The notes under the pieces were generated by a model. It had not been told where the DNA came from, did not search any database, and saw only the letters and a list, made by a program, of their open reading frames with translations. Shown here in pieces: positions 1 through 12,650 of a stretch of 64,000 nt of DNA. A program made the translations under genes and the position numbers. The stretch's first letter is position 1. The number at the start of each line of letters is the position of its first letter. This stretch comes from Bigelowiella natans CCMP2755 (taxonomy: Eukaryota; Protista; Cercozoa): the NCBI GenBank assembly GCA_000320545.1, contig ADNK01000825.1, positions 1 through 64,000 on the forward strand, given 5' to 3'.

Positions 1-36
<36 letters not shown>

Positions 37-384
37 AGTTTGTGTGTGTGTGTGTGTGTGTGTGTTTCTTCGAGGTTGTTCTTCCATCTATCACTTCGCT
101 ACTACTTTGAAAGAAAGCTTCTTTCTATGCTCTTGCTGTTTTAAGTTGCTGCTGCTGTTATTACCAACGTTTGCCGAATCACGGGGAGCAAGGCGAAGTA
201 TGCTGTTAATCCAGGCCCTCTCTTAGCATCCTGGCTTCGGTTTGAAGCGTTTTTTTCCTTTTCCCTACTAATATGCTTCTTATCCTTACTGCTATTCGTA
301 TTCTCCTTATTCTTGGCCATGTCGTCGTAAAAGGTGTAATATACATCAAACCTGGAAGGACAAACATCACGCACCACTATCATT

Positions 385-416
<32 letters not shown>

Positions 417-496
417 TTGTACCATTCATGCGCCGTGAAGAACCCTCACTTCATAATGCAGAGCTCATACTAGATTCGTTGGTGAGCTATATTAGT

Positions 497-538
<42 letters not shown>

Positions 539-1013
539 ACACACATACGCGCGCGCGCGCGCGTGCTGCACTTCTGACTTTGCTTGCTGCTGGTTTGACG
601 TGAAAATGTCCTCCAAGGCCAACGGGTGTATTCCATATTTTGTAGCTATCTATCGAATGACGAGTAACAAACAACTCTTTCACGATGATTGCTTCTGATA
701 TAAAGCATGCTTAAAACCATGCCTTCACTCGATTAGATCCATGAGGCAGTCGCTATTACGTATACTCCAGCTGCACACTGCAATCGTTCAAGATTTGTGT
801 GTATAAATATGCATTATTGCTGCTACGTCCACCTTGAGGAGTGTCATTTTGGAGAATCTGGGTATGTTGATCCATCGGATCTACCAAACAGTAAGGAGGA
901 CAATGGAGAACTAAAAAGATGATGATGATGATGATGATGAGTATAGCTTGTATTGTTACATTTGAGATATTTTTCGCAGGCTAGCAGCTTCTCCCTCTCT
1001 CTCCCCCTCTCTC

Positions 1014-1057
<44 letters not shown>

Positions 1058-2455
1058 AATCTCTTACTCTTATCCTCCCTCCCTATCACAACCTTTGTTG
1101 TGGGTCTTCGGTTTCCTGAGAGGTGGGATTCGACAAGAAAACGAGAGAATGATAACAGTAACGGCGATGATGATTATGATGCAGGTGACGATGATGATTA
1201 TGATAGGAATATTGCTAATTCAAATAACGAACGATGCAGAATAATCCTATACACAAGTAATCTTTGAGTGTTATGTCAGTCAAAACGAAAGCATCTAACT
1301 ATAATAGGAATGCTTCTTTACGTGCAGAGAACCGCAGAATTATGATCCACAAATAGTGACATAACTCCTCAACGATAACACGGAGGAGTCTATTCTGCGG
1401 CATGATAAAAGCCAACCCGCACCTCAAGACAAATCAAGTCGGAGTGGCTGCCCAATGTGTAGATGCTATTCGTCTTTACTATTATTACCAAATAGGAACT
1501 CCTTGAGAGTTGTTCCATGATTGACCTCGATGCTTTGGAAGTCCCAATCTGTTTGTCTGGCGATCTGTGTTGTGGTACAGGCAGAAGAAAGGCAGCAGGG
1601 AATTGGCCATACAACTACCACAGCGATGGTGCTGCGCTCTCTTTCTCTCGAAGATGATGATCTACTTTGAGCAAAGGCCCACGAATTAGGTACTCGCTAC
1701 TTTTGCAGGATTCCTCAGCAGCAGCAGCAGCAGCGTTTGTCATCATTCAGTTCGATGATGCCGGGAATTGATTAAGAAACAAAGATATCTACATACATTC
1801 ATGGAAAAAGGGATAATACCATTTCTGCTGTTCGGCTTCGATCCGCCGCTATAGTCAAGCAGATCTCGTCCTCTGCGTAGTCGCAAACTACCACAACTTG
1901 CTTCTTGCGAAAAGGATCATTGCCAGGTTCTAGAGGAGAGACGCTTCTCAGGATCACCGCTGCCTATCATATTCGGTTATTCAAGCACTCAAAGTCATCT
2001 CTTAGGGCAAAACAACATTCTTGTCGCCGCAGCGGGCGGAATTATAGCAAAGCTATGAAGCAGTATTCATAACCTTGATGTTGTCGCAGAGAATAGCCAA
2101 CTTTATATTCTTTTGGACTGTCACAATTTAGCATTCAGATGGAGAAGCATTCATTGACTTTTTTTTGGGAAAAAGGAAACATCGATGGTGCCACCACGGC
2201 GGAGATAATAATTAGTACAATGGTGGAACACAACAAATTGTGGTTGCGCATTGGCTTTGAAAAACAATGTAATATTACTGTGAACGAAGGTTCTGAAGTC
2301 TATCGACATGTTGGAGTGACTTCTAGATGCATGGGATGAAAGGAGCATAGGAAGAGATTTGTTGTCGCAGTTTGATTCTCCCCCCGGAAAAACTTCATTT
2401 TCGTTCGCAACGTTGTAGCTTCTACTCAAACACACACACACACACACACACACAC

Positions 2456-2526
<71 letters not shown>

Positions 2527-3550
2527 GCAATAGGAGTAGTTGTATTAGTAGTATAAATTCCAACTGAAAATAGTTGTAAATGGCTCATGAAGGTAGAAAA
2601 GGAAGTATACTACACGTACAACTAATACTGCTGTCGGGTTGTTTATGATGAGGATGGTGTTGATACTTATTACAGCTAGTTCAACTTGAAGTTCTAGTCG
2701 CATACATGGAATTATTCGTCAGCGAGAAGATATCCATATTTGCAGCTGCGCCTGTGATGAAGGTAAATTTCTCGGCGAGCGATTTTTTTCCTTCCGGGCG
2801 CAAACTCCATAGATTGAACTGGGGGGCGGGGGGGGAGACGATCAAAAGTATTCCTCTTCATAAATAAGGAGAATACGAGAACTAGACATTATGGTCTATT
2901 CATCAATCAAAATTATCTTCGGAGTGGTATTTGCAAACACCACCTGTTGTCGAATGCCCCAATCGAGTTCGTCAACTGTCAGGGCCCCATCGCCGTCCTC
3001 ATCGAAACTTTTGAAGATCCTCAGAAGATTTGTATCTAAATTTGTCGAAGGTGTTACATTTCAGTTGATGTGCTGCCTAGTATTTTGAGTGGACGAAGTG
3101 GCTTACGTGTGAGGTCAAACATATCATGGAGATATGCTGTTCCAATATTCATTTTCGCTATTCCGATTTGCGGCTTCTTGGTCTCTCTTTGTTTTCCAGA
3201 AGGTGATATGTACTTGGATACCGAAATCCAGTAGGCAATAATGTTCCGGAGTTCTTCTGAGCTGTCTGGCTTCAAGCTGACGAGCTTTCTGAGTTTCTAT
3301 CGGTATATATGGGAAAAGGACCAAAGCAGTCCTTAATTTACTTGCGAGCACCCTCTCTTATACATATTGGCTGTGCCATCTTTAGGTGTGGACTATGATG
3401 GCTTACAATATGGCAAGTGGAAGGAACTGCGGACGGACGAGTAGGTCCCGAATCATCGTCAAAGGCCGGGCTTGCTTTAGACCGCTTTATCTCACCCATG
3501 TTTGTGTTGCTGTTCCTGCTATTTTTCAGCATTTCTATTGACATTTGCAC
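1..3550 (-). CDS. Multi-exon EF-hand-containing protein, 3' part probably runs off the window
   Basis: AG/GT-bounded exon near 2925-3030 reads DTNLLRIFKSFDEDGDGALTVDELDWGIRQQ (canonical EF-hand loop). Other coding-like minus-strand segments occur at about 3400-3540, 3100-3300, 2730-2820, 2280-2420 and 1830-1960. Full exon chain not resolved. Confidence 0.55.
2457..2523. repeat. (CA)n/(AT)n microsatellite, representative of very many (CT)n, (GT)n, (AT)n, (CAT)n, (TAG)n, (GAA)n tracts in introns
   Basis: Directly visible perfect dinucleotide run. Similar tracts occur throughout 1-10 kb, 16-28 kb and 50-64 kb. Confidence 0.95.
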
Positions 3551-3789
3551 CCAATATCAGTGACAATAATTTAGTTATCTGTCTGACAGCTATTTGGGCT
3601 CTGCGTCAGTTTGTCCCCCCCCTCCCGAGCACTTCTCTGCAGGCAACCCGAGCCGACAGAAAAGGCAGATCCTACTTCGTCGAAAATAAGAAAAAATAAT
3701 ACAATGGTATTGTCGCAGACCATGAACTGGATGTTATTTGTTACTGCAAGAAACCCTTCACGACGACCTGGCCACATTCATGTCGCAGG

Positions 3790-4900
3790 TTAGAAACCAC
3801 AATGGATCATCCCGCACAAATGAACTTTCTTGGTTTCGAACTGAGTCGAGACCTTGCTAGCGTGTCTACGAGATGTGTTGAAGCTAGACACCGGCATTGC
3901 TTGATAGCCAGCATCACGTTGTCAGCATGCAATGATGCATTGACAATGAGCAACAACATGCATATCCATGCACGTGCAGAATGTGTCAGTGCGAAGTGCA
4001 AATGCCTTCTAGCCTTGTCCGGTGCACGCTAGCACGTCCAGCCATGCTGGCATGGCTGGACGTGCCTGTGAGTGGAAAACTGGCATGAACGCGATTCAGC
4101 GCCATGCAGCTCGAAATCTTGCTTGCTAGTTGCGCTCTCTTGGAAATTACCGGCAAATGTGCTTCTTGGATGATGGCAAGCTAGCAAGACTAGAAGATGT
4201 TGAAATTGTTCGATCATTGAACGTGCCAGCGTGCTGCACGTGGCTTCGTTCCACACCAGCTGGCCAGCACGGTTGCTCCAGCTAGCCAGTCTAGCAGTGC
4301 TGGCATCATTCAGTGCCAGACTAGCAGAATCATGCGCATGCTGGCATGTCTAGATGCAATGGACATGTGTCTAGAGATCCAGCTGCTAGAGATGTCTAGA
4401 TGTGCGCTAGACATGCAAGCTAGCAAACTTGATGTGCATGGTAGCATGATGATGGACACAGCAATGTGGTGTGTGTAACATGTGCACATTCATCATGTCT
4501 AGCTGTGGCTAGCTAGCTAGCTAGATGTGTGTGTGTGTGTGTGCACGTGATGTGACGTGCACGTGGAACTCTAGAACTAGCTAGCTAGACCTGTGGACAA
4601 CTTACATGCTAGCTAGCTAGCATGCAAAGACAAAGACAAAGACAATCTAGCAATGATGAAGAACTACGTTCTCAAGTCGTGTGGCCAGGCAGACTAGCAG
4701 AGCATGCTAGCATGTCTAGATCTAGAGATGTGTGTCCCATGTGCTTTGTTATGCTAGCATGTTTTCTAGCTTGCGCCACAACGTTGAATTGCGTGGCACA
4801 TCTATGATCTCGCGACTCCATGCACGTACCATTATGCATAACACTATGCTTGCTTTGCGAGCATTGCTAGATTGATGAGAAAAATCATGCAATGTGTGCA
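3790..4900. other. Intergenic C-to-T-decayed block 1 (CATG/TGCA/CTAG rich, probable fossil coding or mobile DNA)
   Basis: Dense catg, tgca, ctag and gctagctagc motifs. A minus-strand frame in register with the 3802..4032 ORF reads protein-like but contains TAG/TGA stops. Confidence 0.65.
4032..4065. repeat. Perfect 16-bp inverted repeat with 2-nt centre
   Basis: gcacgtccagccatgc-tg-gcatggctggacgtgc; the arms are exact reverse complements. Confidence 0.95.
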
Positions 4901-4988
4901 TTGAGTAACAAAGATGAAGGCTGCATGAGACAAATTAATCTTAATCGCACCTAGCATCTGATCCTATTGCAGACGATACATTATTATT

Positions 4989-6647
4989 TTACTTCTTCTG
5001 GCGATTTTGAACGGCTTCAACTTCGGTCGAAGCATACTTTTTTGCTAGAGAACTCAGATTCCCCTGGATAGAGCTGTCTCGTGTTCCATTATCATGATGT
5101 TGCTGGGAAGTGCCTAACGACTTCATCTCAACGTCCTTATTCTTCTCAACGGCCTGATGGTGAAAGATCAATGGGAATAATGGTGATTGAACAAACGTTC
5201 ATATTCCCCCCTTTCGTTTGCACAGAAATGCCATCATCAATCTTGGATGTAGATGATGATTCAGGAACCAAAACGACAACAGCAGCAACAGCAGCAACAA
5301 CAAGCTCTCCTCCTCTACACAGAATCAACACTGAATTAACATGTCGCAGCTCGTAGTTTCATGATAGCAAATCTCTTATTAAAATTGTTATTATTATTAT
5401 ACAGCGTGCCTGATTACGACCTTTGCATGCCGGACAGCATTCTTTGTATTCGACGAGGAGTAGAATGAGGGGGCGGAGTTGTTGGTGGGGAGACCCCCTT
5501 CTCCCATATCATGCCGTTCTTGCTTGCGATCATGCCCCCCCTCGTTCTCTTCCTGATCGCTGCCCTCCTCCTCCTCCTCCTCCTCCTCCTCCTCCTCCTC
5601 CTTCTCGTGAGCATGGAACATGGCGCATTGGTGCAGGCTGGTATCGACGGAACCTAGCTCCTCATCGCTCAGGAACCTTTTGTTGATGTTCGTATCATCG
5701 TCCTCATATAATCGTCATCATCATCATCATCATTGCTGATATCATATAATTACTTCTAATCTTCTTACCGAGGGAAGATCGTTTTTCTCAATATCACGAG
5801 CGATGCGATCAGCAAAGGAAATATCTAAAGAGGAGGGGGGGGGGGGAAGGCGAGAAGGATGATATCACAACACGACTACGTAGCAGCTTCTTCTTCTTCT
5901 TGCTTTTCATCTCTTACCATTGCACCCTGCGTGAAGGTCACCGCGTAGATGATGCCGCAACACAATGCTTGAAAGAGGGTAAAATTGCGGAGGCGAGGCC
6001 ATGCGATTTTGTCCAGAAACGAGTGCTCGCTTTTGCGGAGGTCGGGCTCTGTCGCTAGTAGCGCTACAAAGCAACAGGCGAATAAAACGTCAAATCCATC
6101 CTCTTCATCTTCTTCCTCCTTCATAATCTCCTCCTCCTACTACTACCTACCTACCTACCTACCTACCTACCTAATCGCTCAGCAAATTGGTTTCCTGGGA
6201 ATGATGCCACACCCATGTACAGGAACAAGCCTTTGTTTGGTTATTATTAACGTAAATACGATACTATATTCGATAGAATAGAAACAACATCAGCTGCAGC
6301 ATAGAGACAAACCAGTCACTCGGAAGGGGGAGGTTAGATCTAGACAGGGAGAGATGACCTGACCTTCCTTTCTCTCTCTCTCTCTCTCTCTCCCTCCCTC
6401 CCTCCCTCTCCCTTTGCTTTCTCTCTTGCTTCCTCTCGTGCTCACCGTCTAAAGTGGAGCGAGGAATCAAGCCCAAGACTATCAGAAACGGTGCGGATAG
6501 CATAATTCCAATAATCAACGCCTAGATGATGATGCAGCAGCAGTGTGCAACTCACTGTCAGATCGATCTCATGTGTACTAGTAGATTGGCATACGAAAAG
6601 CATAACCATGTACTCGCAACAGGCAAAATCACACACATACCGGCCAA

Positions 6648-6687
<40 letters not shown>

Positions 6688-7246
6688 CGTAGTCTTATAA
6701 TACCTGGAAGAAATTAGATGCACGCTGTTCATGCACGTGTAACACACGTTCGCGCCATTGGCCTTAATATCCAAGCGGAAGAGGAGAGGGGGGGGGGAGG
6801 GGAATTGGTTAGGACGATAATCGATGATGATACGGAAAGAGGTTAGATTGGAGAAACTTTACCGTTGACGCAATACTTAGCTGTTTGTGTAAGCGACTTT
6901 GTATGGAGAGGGGCCTATCAGTACAGAATAATAAGATTCAGGCCGAGATGGATGATGCATTCTGCTGCTGCATTCACCAGCATCATTATTATCATCATCA
7001 ATATCCTCATTATCTCCACCATAATCATCGTGTTCTTGTCGTCATATGCTTCTCTCCCTCTCTCTCTTCCCTTTATACTGCTACCTGCGGGATGAGGCCG
7101 TTGGTAGGGGGGATGCCTAGTAATCCTGTGATAAGCACGATCACGCTGCACAGGCACACCAACAACAATAATAAGTAAAGAACAAGGGCAACCCGAGGTG
7201 GGAGGAAGAGGAGGATGTATGAGATGAGAAAAATGGTGATTATGAA

Positions 7247-7310
<64 letters not shown>

Positions 7311-7491
7311 AATATCGAGTATCCTCTTGTTTCTCCTCCTCTTCCTCGTGTTACTTCATTCCCCTTCCCTCCCCTTCCTATCCCCTTAATTCATTGTGCA
7401 ATAACCACCCACCCGACAACGAAAAAGTCCCAGTGGTAGGCGCTTCCCTTCTTCAACCTCTGCAACAATGTAAACAGAGGTTCAGACTCTA

Positions 7492-7541
<50 letters not shown>

Positions 7542-10500
7542 ATGTGTGTCTGTTTCTCTCTTCTATCGTTTCGTACAGTAGGAGAATGTTTATATTATCA
7601 TTCGGGTCTTCTCTCGTTGTGTTTCATCAAATTGTGTCTTCTCTCCTACAAGTCATCATTATTCTCTCAATCATCAGACACGGTGGCAGGCTAATTGCTT
7701 CTGCCCCTCCCTGCCCCCCTTCTATCCCAGTATCCAATGGATTGCTATTGTGCTGTAGTGCTGTAAGTGCGTATTTCAAGGCACCAACGAAACGGACCAT
7801 ATCAGCAGACTGGCAAAGAAGCGAGGAGACGTTGTGATCGAAGAAGAATAGTACAGTGAGGAAGAACCCAGGCACAATTGCCCCAATTGCTGCTCCCGGA
7901 GATATGTCGGATAGATCGACAAACCAACCACGCCCACTGGTCGTCGACCATCGCAAATGGTAGTAAATGTAGGGAGGAGGAGGAGGAGGAGGAATACATA
8001 ATTTATGTGATGATGGTAACGATGGTGACACGACGATGATGATGATGATGATGCTAATAATGAAGGAGGTGAGAAGAATGAACTTCCCTCCCCCTCCCCT
8101 CTCTTCTCTAAGACACGGCACTGAAGACACAAAACTGTGCTAATAGTGCTACTGCTGCTGTTGCTGTTGCTGCTGCTGCTGCTTGTGGTGGTTCTCGTTC
8201 GTACATCGAAACATCGCCCAACTCACTCTTCTTATTCTTCTTCACATCCTCCCCTCCTAATCCTCCTCCTCCTCCTCCTACTACTACTACTGCTGCTGCT
8301 ACCTTGTGGTCTGAAATGTATCAGGAACGTCCAGTGTTTCAATGTCGGTACTGCGGGCATCTGCTGACATGTATGGAACCTGTGGTGGAACAAACACAAT
8401 AAGATGATATGATGAAGGTGGAGAACGATAAACGAAGTTAAAGAACTAAGGAGAGAAGAACGAATTAGTCACAGGCAGAGACAGAGGAGGAATGTTGTAG
8501 TATCATTATTCTCATCGTCACCATCACCATTAGATATGTTTGTTGGTGGTTGCCACTTGCAAGTTGCCCACTTACACAAGAGAAGAAGATGATGGATATC
8601 GTCGCGCCATAGTCAGCAATCAGCTCGCGGATCTCCGGAATAAACACAACCCAATTCCTGAGACGAAGAAGAGGAGCAGTCGTGATAAAAGTAGCCAACA
8701 TCACACTCAACAAACATGCAGTTCTGAAGCAGCAGTAGTAGAAGAGGTGGTAGTAGTTATCGTTATTACTACTATAGTCATTATCACTATCATCACCTTG
8801 CTGCACTGAGTTTCGTTGCAACAAAGAAGGTCCCAAGCGATAGCCAAAGCGACAGCAACGCGACATCCTAGTGATGAGCAGACAACTTTGAGGGGGAGGA
8901 GGAAGAGGGGTAAACATACGATAACAGAGCTGACGATACAGAAACACAGCAACCAAAATATTAAAGTATACTCTCACATGGTATGATCTCGTCATATTAC
9001 CAAGCCTTTGTTAAATTGCTTCTGAATGCCATTCAATCCCGTATACCTGGTAGCATGATGATCAAATTTAGCAACACGAGTATTATTATCATATTAGACT
9101 TCTTCAGAATGATGATGATGATGATGGCGATAGAAAATACAGGTAGATAAAGGCAATGAGAACTCCGAACGTCTCACAGCTATAGCGTGTCACCTAAAAG
9201 ACAACACGAGAGACGTCATCACTCAGCACTATCACCGTCATATACTACAACAGAGAGGTTTCAGTTCAGGCTTACAATTACCCAAGATATAAGCTCACAC
9301 ATATTGAACACAGCCAGGAGAATATGCATGATTGCCGACCAAATCTGACAGCAGGGGAACAAAGCAACAATGATTGACTCTTTTCACTTTTCCCCATGTG
9401 CACGAAGTCGACGACGAACGGGTTGCATCGAAATATTGGTGGGGGAGGCAGCTCAACTGCATCTACATTTACATTTACATCTACTTCACCTGCGTCCATG
9501 CGTAAAAGGGGATGAAGTTGATATCCAGACTTTTCGAGATGGTAAAAACAGCGACTGTGAAGATGGAAACGGGTCCAGTGACGCCTAATCATCGTAAGGA
9601 CAAACATACATCGTGAGGATACCATCGTGTTGGCGAGAAGTAATTGTGAGAGAAGTATAGACTTTATTATTCAACATTAAGCAACAAACAACTTCTGGCC
9701 TAAGCGGCGATAAAGATGATAATCATTGAATTCTATAGATCATCATCATTACAACCTAAAATACAGAGGGGTTGCCCCCCAAAGATGGAGAAAATGCCCC
9801 CAGCTATAGCTGTCGATAGTATCACCTGAACAGAAGAAGAAGTAGTAGTAGGTAGTAGTAGTAGTGATAAATAAGAATTAGTAGTAGCAGCAGCAGCAGT
9901 AGTAGTAGCAGTGATAGTGTTTTCTTTGTGTATTATGTAGGAAGGTGGTATGGTTGAAACTGCTGCACAGCATTGCATGTGTTATGTCTATTAGAGACTG
10001 ACTTCTACGGTTCCGATAAGCGGAGTCCCATCATCATCTTCTGTTCCTGCTTCTAGGAGAACGGAGAAGGTAATGGCAGGGGCCAACGATGTAAAGAACA
10101 TGTAGAAGATGGAAGCCGTAACCTGAACAGTGTGTTGATAGAGGATGCAACAACAGATTTCAAGATGTTGGCTACTAGTTCAATGCATCAGAATATCTTA
10201 ACTATACATTCGTATGCTACATACAACGACACTGTAGCTCGTTTATACGCGCGCGTGTAACTGTTTGATCCGATGACCTTGGCGTGAAATATATCGGTCC
10301 AATCGTCATAATAATGAGGAGCTCGGCGTAGTAAATCGTTCCACATGCCAGTTCCGAAGCCCTTCACATGCAGCAACAAAACAACACGAATGATCGGTTT
10401 CGAGAGACGATTTAGTCTGTTCATGGGGGTTAATTACCCTTCTACAAATATCTCCGAGAGTAACATCGAAGGAGAAGCTTTCATCGTCATCCTCTGAGGC

Positions 10501-10800
10501 CTATCCATCATCAAAATACAAACACAATGAAAATCTAGTTCTCTCACAGATTTCATCAGGTATGGAAGAGACACCGAAGATCCCAGCGACTCTTTCTCTT
10601 CCTTTTTTTTGGGATTAGCCTTGCCATCATTTTCTACATTTGATTCCCCATTCCACGTCATAGTCTTTTGAAAGATTGAATGTTCTTATGATACATTCGG
10701 AAAGGAAGGTGCATAATAATTGTTTACTTGCTTTCTGCCGTTAATCTCGCCATTCAGTCTCCGTGAATCCACAACTGGTTCAACCTCCATGACAGTATCC
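4989..10800 (-). CDS. SLC4: SLC4/BOR-family anion (bicarbonate/borate) transporter, about 20 exons
   Basis: Exons read GFGTGMWNDLLRRAPHYYDDWTD, VTASIFYMFFTSLAPAITFS, STAIAGGIFSIFGGQPLCIL, PGFFLTVLFFFDHNVSSLLCQ, LKKGSAYHWDFFVV, GLLGIPPTNGLIPQ/APLHTKSL, VHEQRASN, GLFLYMGVASFPGNQFAERL and IFPLLIASLVILRK. These are HCO3_cotransp motifs in the expected order. Stop at 4989-4991; exact start uncertain. Confidence 0.93.
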
Positions 10801-10932
10801 TACAAATAAATTCAATCACCTCTTCCTTGCCCCATCTCCTCTCCACACACGTAATGGTTTGGTCCCGCACCTTATCAGCGTACAGGCAGCTAGACTCGCA
10901 AATTAGCCCTTTATGAAGTTAGTCTCCATCAA

Positions 10933-12650
10933 TTGTCTGCGATGGTGGATACGAATTCGATTGAAGCAGCAGGCTGCCTTCTTCCTTTCCTTTCCTTTCA
11001 ACTTGATTGCGCCGTTGTGTTTGTGGATCGCAGCTGCGTGATGCACGTACTACGCAGCTACCCGAAACTTCCTACAATTTACATGTGCGACACATTCATC
11101 TTTGTTGTCGCATGCATGAACTCCCTCGTGCACTGCAGCAGGTACACCAACAAACCGTCCGGTGACTACGATTCGTGCTAGGGTTAGATCTACCTCAGCA
11201 AGAAATGGCAAAGCTTCAAGATGATGCGACAGTAGATCTAGGTGAAATTGTGATAGACAGGCAAAAATAGCCTCGCATTTGATTTTGCTGGAAACTTTGG
11301 CCAAATCAACCAAAAAAAGGTGTTTGAGGACGTGCAAACTTCCGACTGGTTGGAAACGCATGTGATTCATACAAAAAAATGCCACCTGAAAGTGTGGGTG
11401 AAAATTGCACCGAACTAGCGAACACAATCTGAGCACATGCCAGTTCGAGGCACTGCGTTTCGCATGCTGCAAATGTCTTGCAACACTTTGGAAACGCAGT
11501 TCATCATCATTGTCATCATTGTGCAATGTCAGAGACCGTGATCGTCTTCCGTGGAACAGGTGTGGCCTTCTGGAAGTTCCTGCTCAGATTGGACCTCACC
11601 AAAGCCAGTTCGAGGCACTGCGTTTCGCACACTGCAAGTGTCTTGTGACACTTTGGAAACGCATTGTGCGTGGTTCGTCGTCATTGTTCATTGTTCATTG
11701 TTCATTGTTTTTTGTCACCATTGAGGATGCCAGAAGACTCAAATCACCTGACCTCCCACTTGCAATTGCTAGGTTGGCCGAAAGTGACTTTTGGAGTCCT
11801 GCCCGCACGCTTGTCATGGTGTCATCGGTGTCTTCACAACACATGGACCTGCAATTGTTGCACCAAGACCCGTGTGCACACTTTGGCACGTGCTTGTGTG
11901 CTGACGTGTGCCACACATGAACCATCGCAGCAACAACAGCGAAAGCATTGTGATGTGTTTCACGGGACACAATGACAGAGCTGCGTGGACACACAGGCAC
12001 GTGCTTTGGTGCACAGTGCTTTGTCTCTCACCATTGGCATTGTTCACGCTTGTCACAGGAAAAAATGTTCCAACAAAAATCGGTTGCACTCACTTGCATT
12101 GAACAATGCATCGATCGAAATTTCATCTCCATTTGTGATGCAATGATGCCGTGATGGCATGAAAAACAACAACGTGCGCACATGCACTGACTGGGACGTC
12201 TAGACGTGTCAATCGCAACCCAGCAATGCATCTAGCCAGACACGAGCGCGCAACTGCACGTCTAGCACACGTTGGTTCTGTCTTTTCTGTTGCCAAACTA
12301 GCAAAACGCATGCGCTGTCATCACCAGCTCTGGAGCTGGGTGTGCGCAGAACGATGCACGCGTTGCACATAGTTGGTTTGCCGAACCATGTGCGTGCGAT
12401 TCCGTGCACAAGTGGCAGCGGCATGCGCGACAAAACAAGACGGATGCACTGCTAGACTGCTTGATCGTGCCTCGGCTCTGCTGGTCTGGGCAAACCACGC
12501 ATCTGCGCGCCAGCATTTCCTGCTAGCCTGGCAGCAAGGCAACATTTTTTTGAAGGTTGGACAACAGTGTGTGTGATTGTGATGGAAAATGTCACATGTG
12601 CTCTAGTGCTAGCCGTGGCGCAAATGGCTGCGTCCTACTCGCCTACTTCC
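10933..12650. pseudogene. Intergenic C-to-T-decayed block 2 containing a fossil plus-strand reading frame (10933-11541)
   Basis: The frame has many C/G-ending codons and is interrupted by 6 TAG and 1 TGA with no TAA. The exactly antisense frame is open (ORF 11050..11526). Surrounding DNA is rich in CATG/TGCA/CTAG. Confidence 0.6.
11439..11663 (+). repeat. 60-bp direct repeat, two copies (11439-11498 and 11604-11663)
   Basis: gccagttcgaggcactgcgtttcgca..ctgcaa.tgtcttg..acactttggaaacgca; 5 mismatches, 4 of them in two reciprocal TG/CA pairs. Confidence 0.95.

Noticed and set aside
44-1267. Many short ORFs with poly-M, poly-H, ERERER, CVCVCV or YIYIYI (here and throughout)
   Set aside because: These are translations of microsatellites with no coding support.
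11050-11526. 158-aa minus-strand ORF with LFLVDLAKV, superficially like a LINE reverse-transcriptase motif
   Set aside because: It is exactly in register antisense to the codon-biased fossil plus frame, and no QG or YADD motifs follow.
10933-11541. Alternative genetic code (TAG = Gln) as the explanation for in-frame TAGs
   Set aside because: Neighbouring genes end in TAG, TAA and TGA. A TGA also interrupts the frame, and CTAG is enriched regardless of frame, so deamination is simpler.
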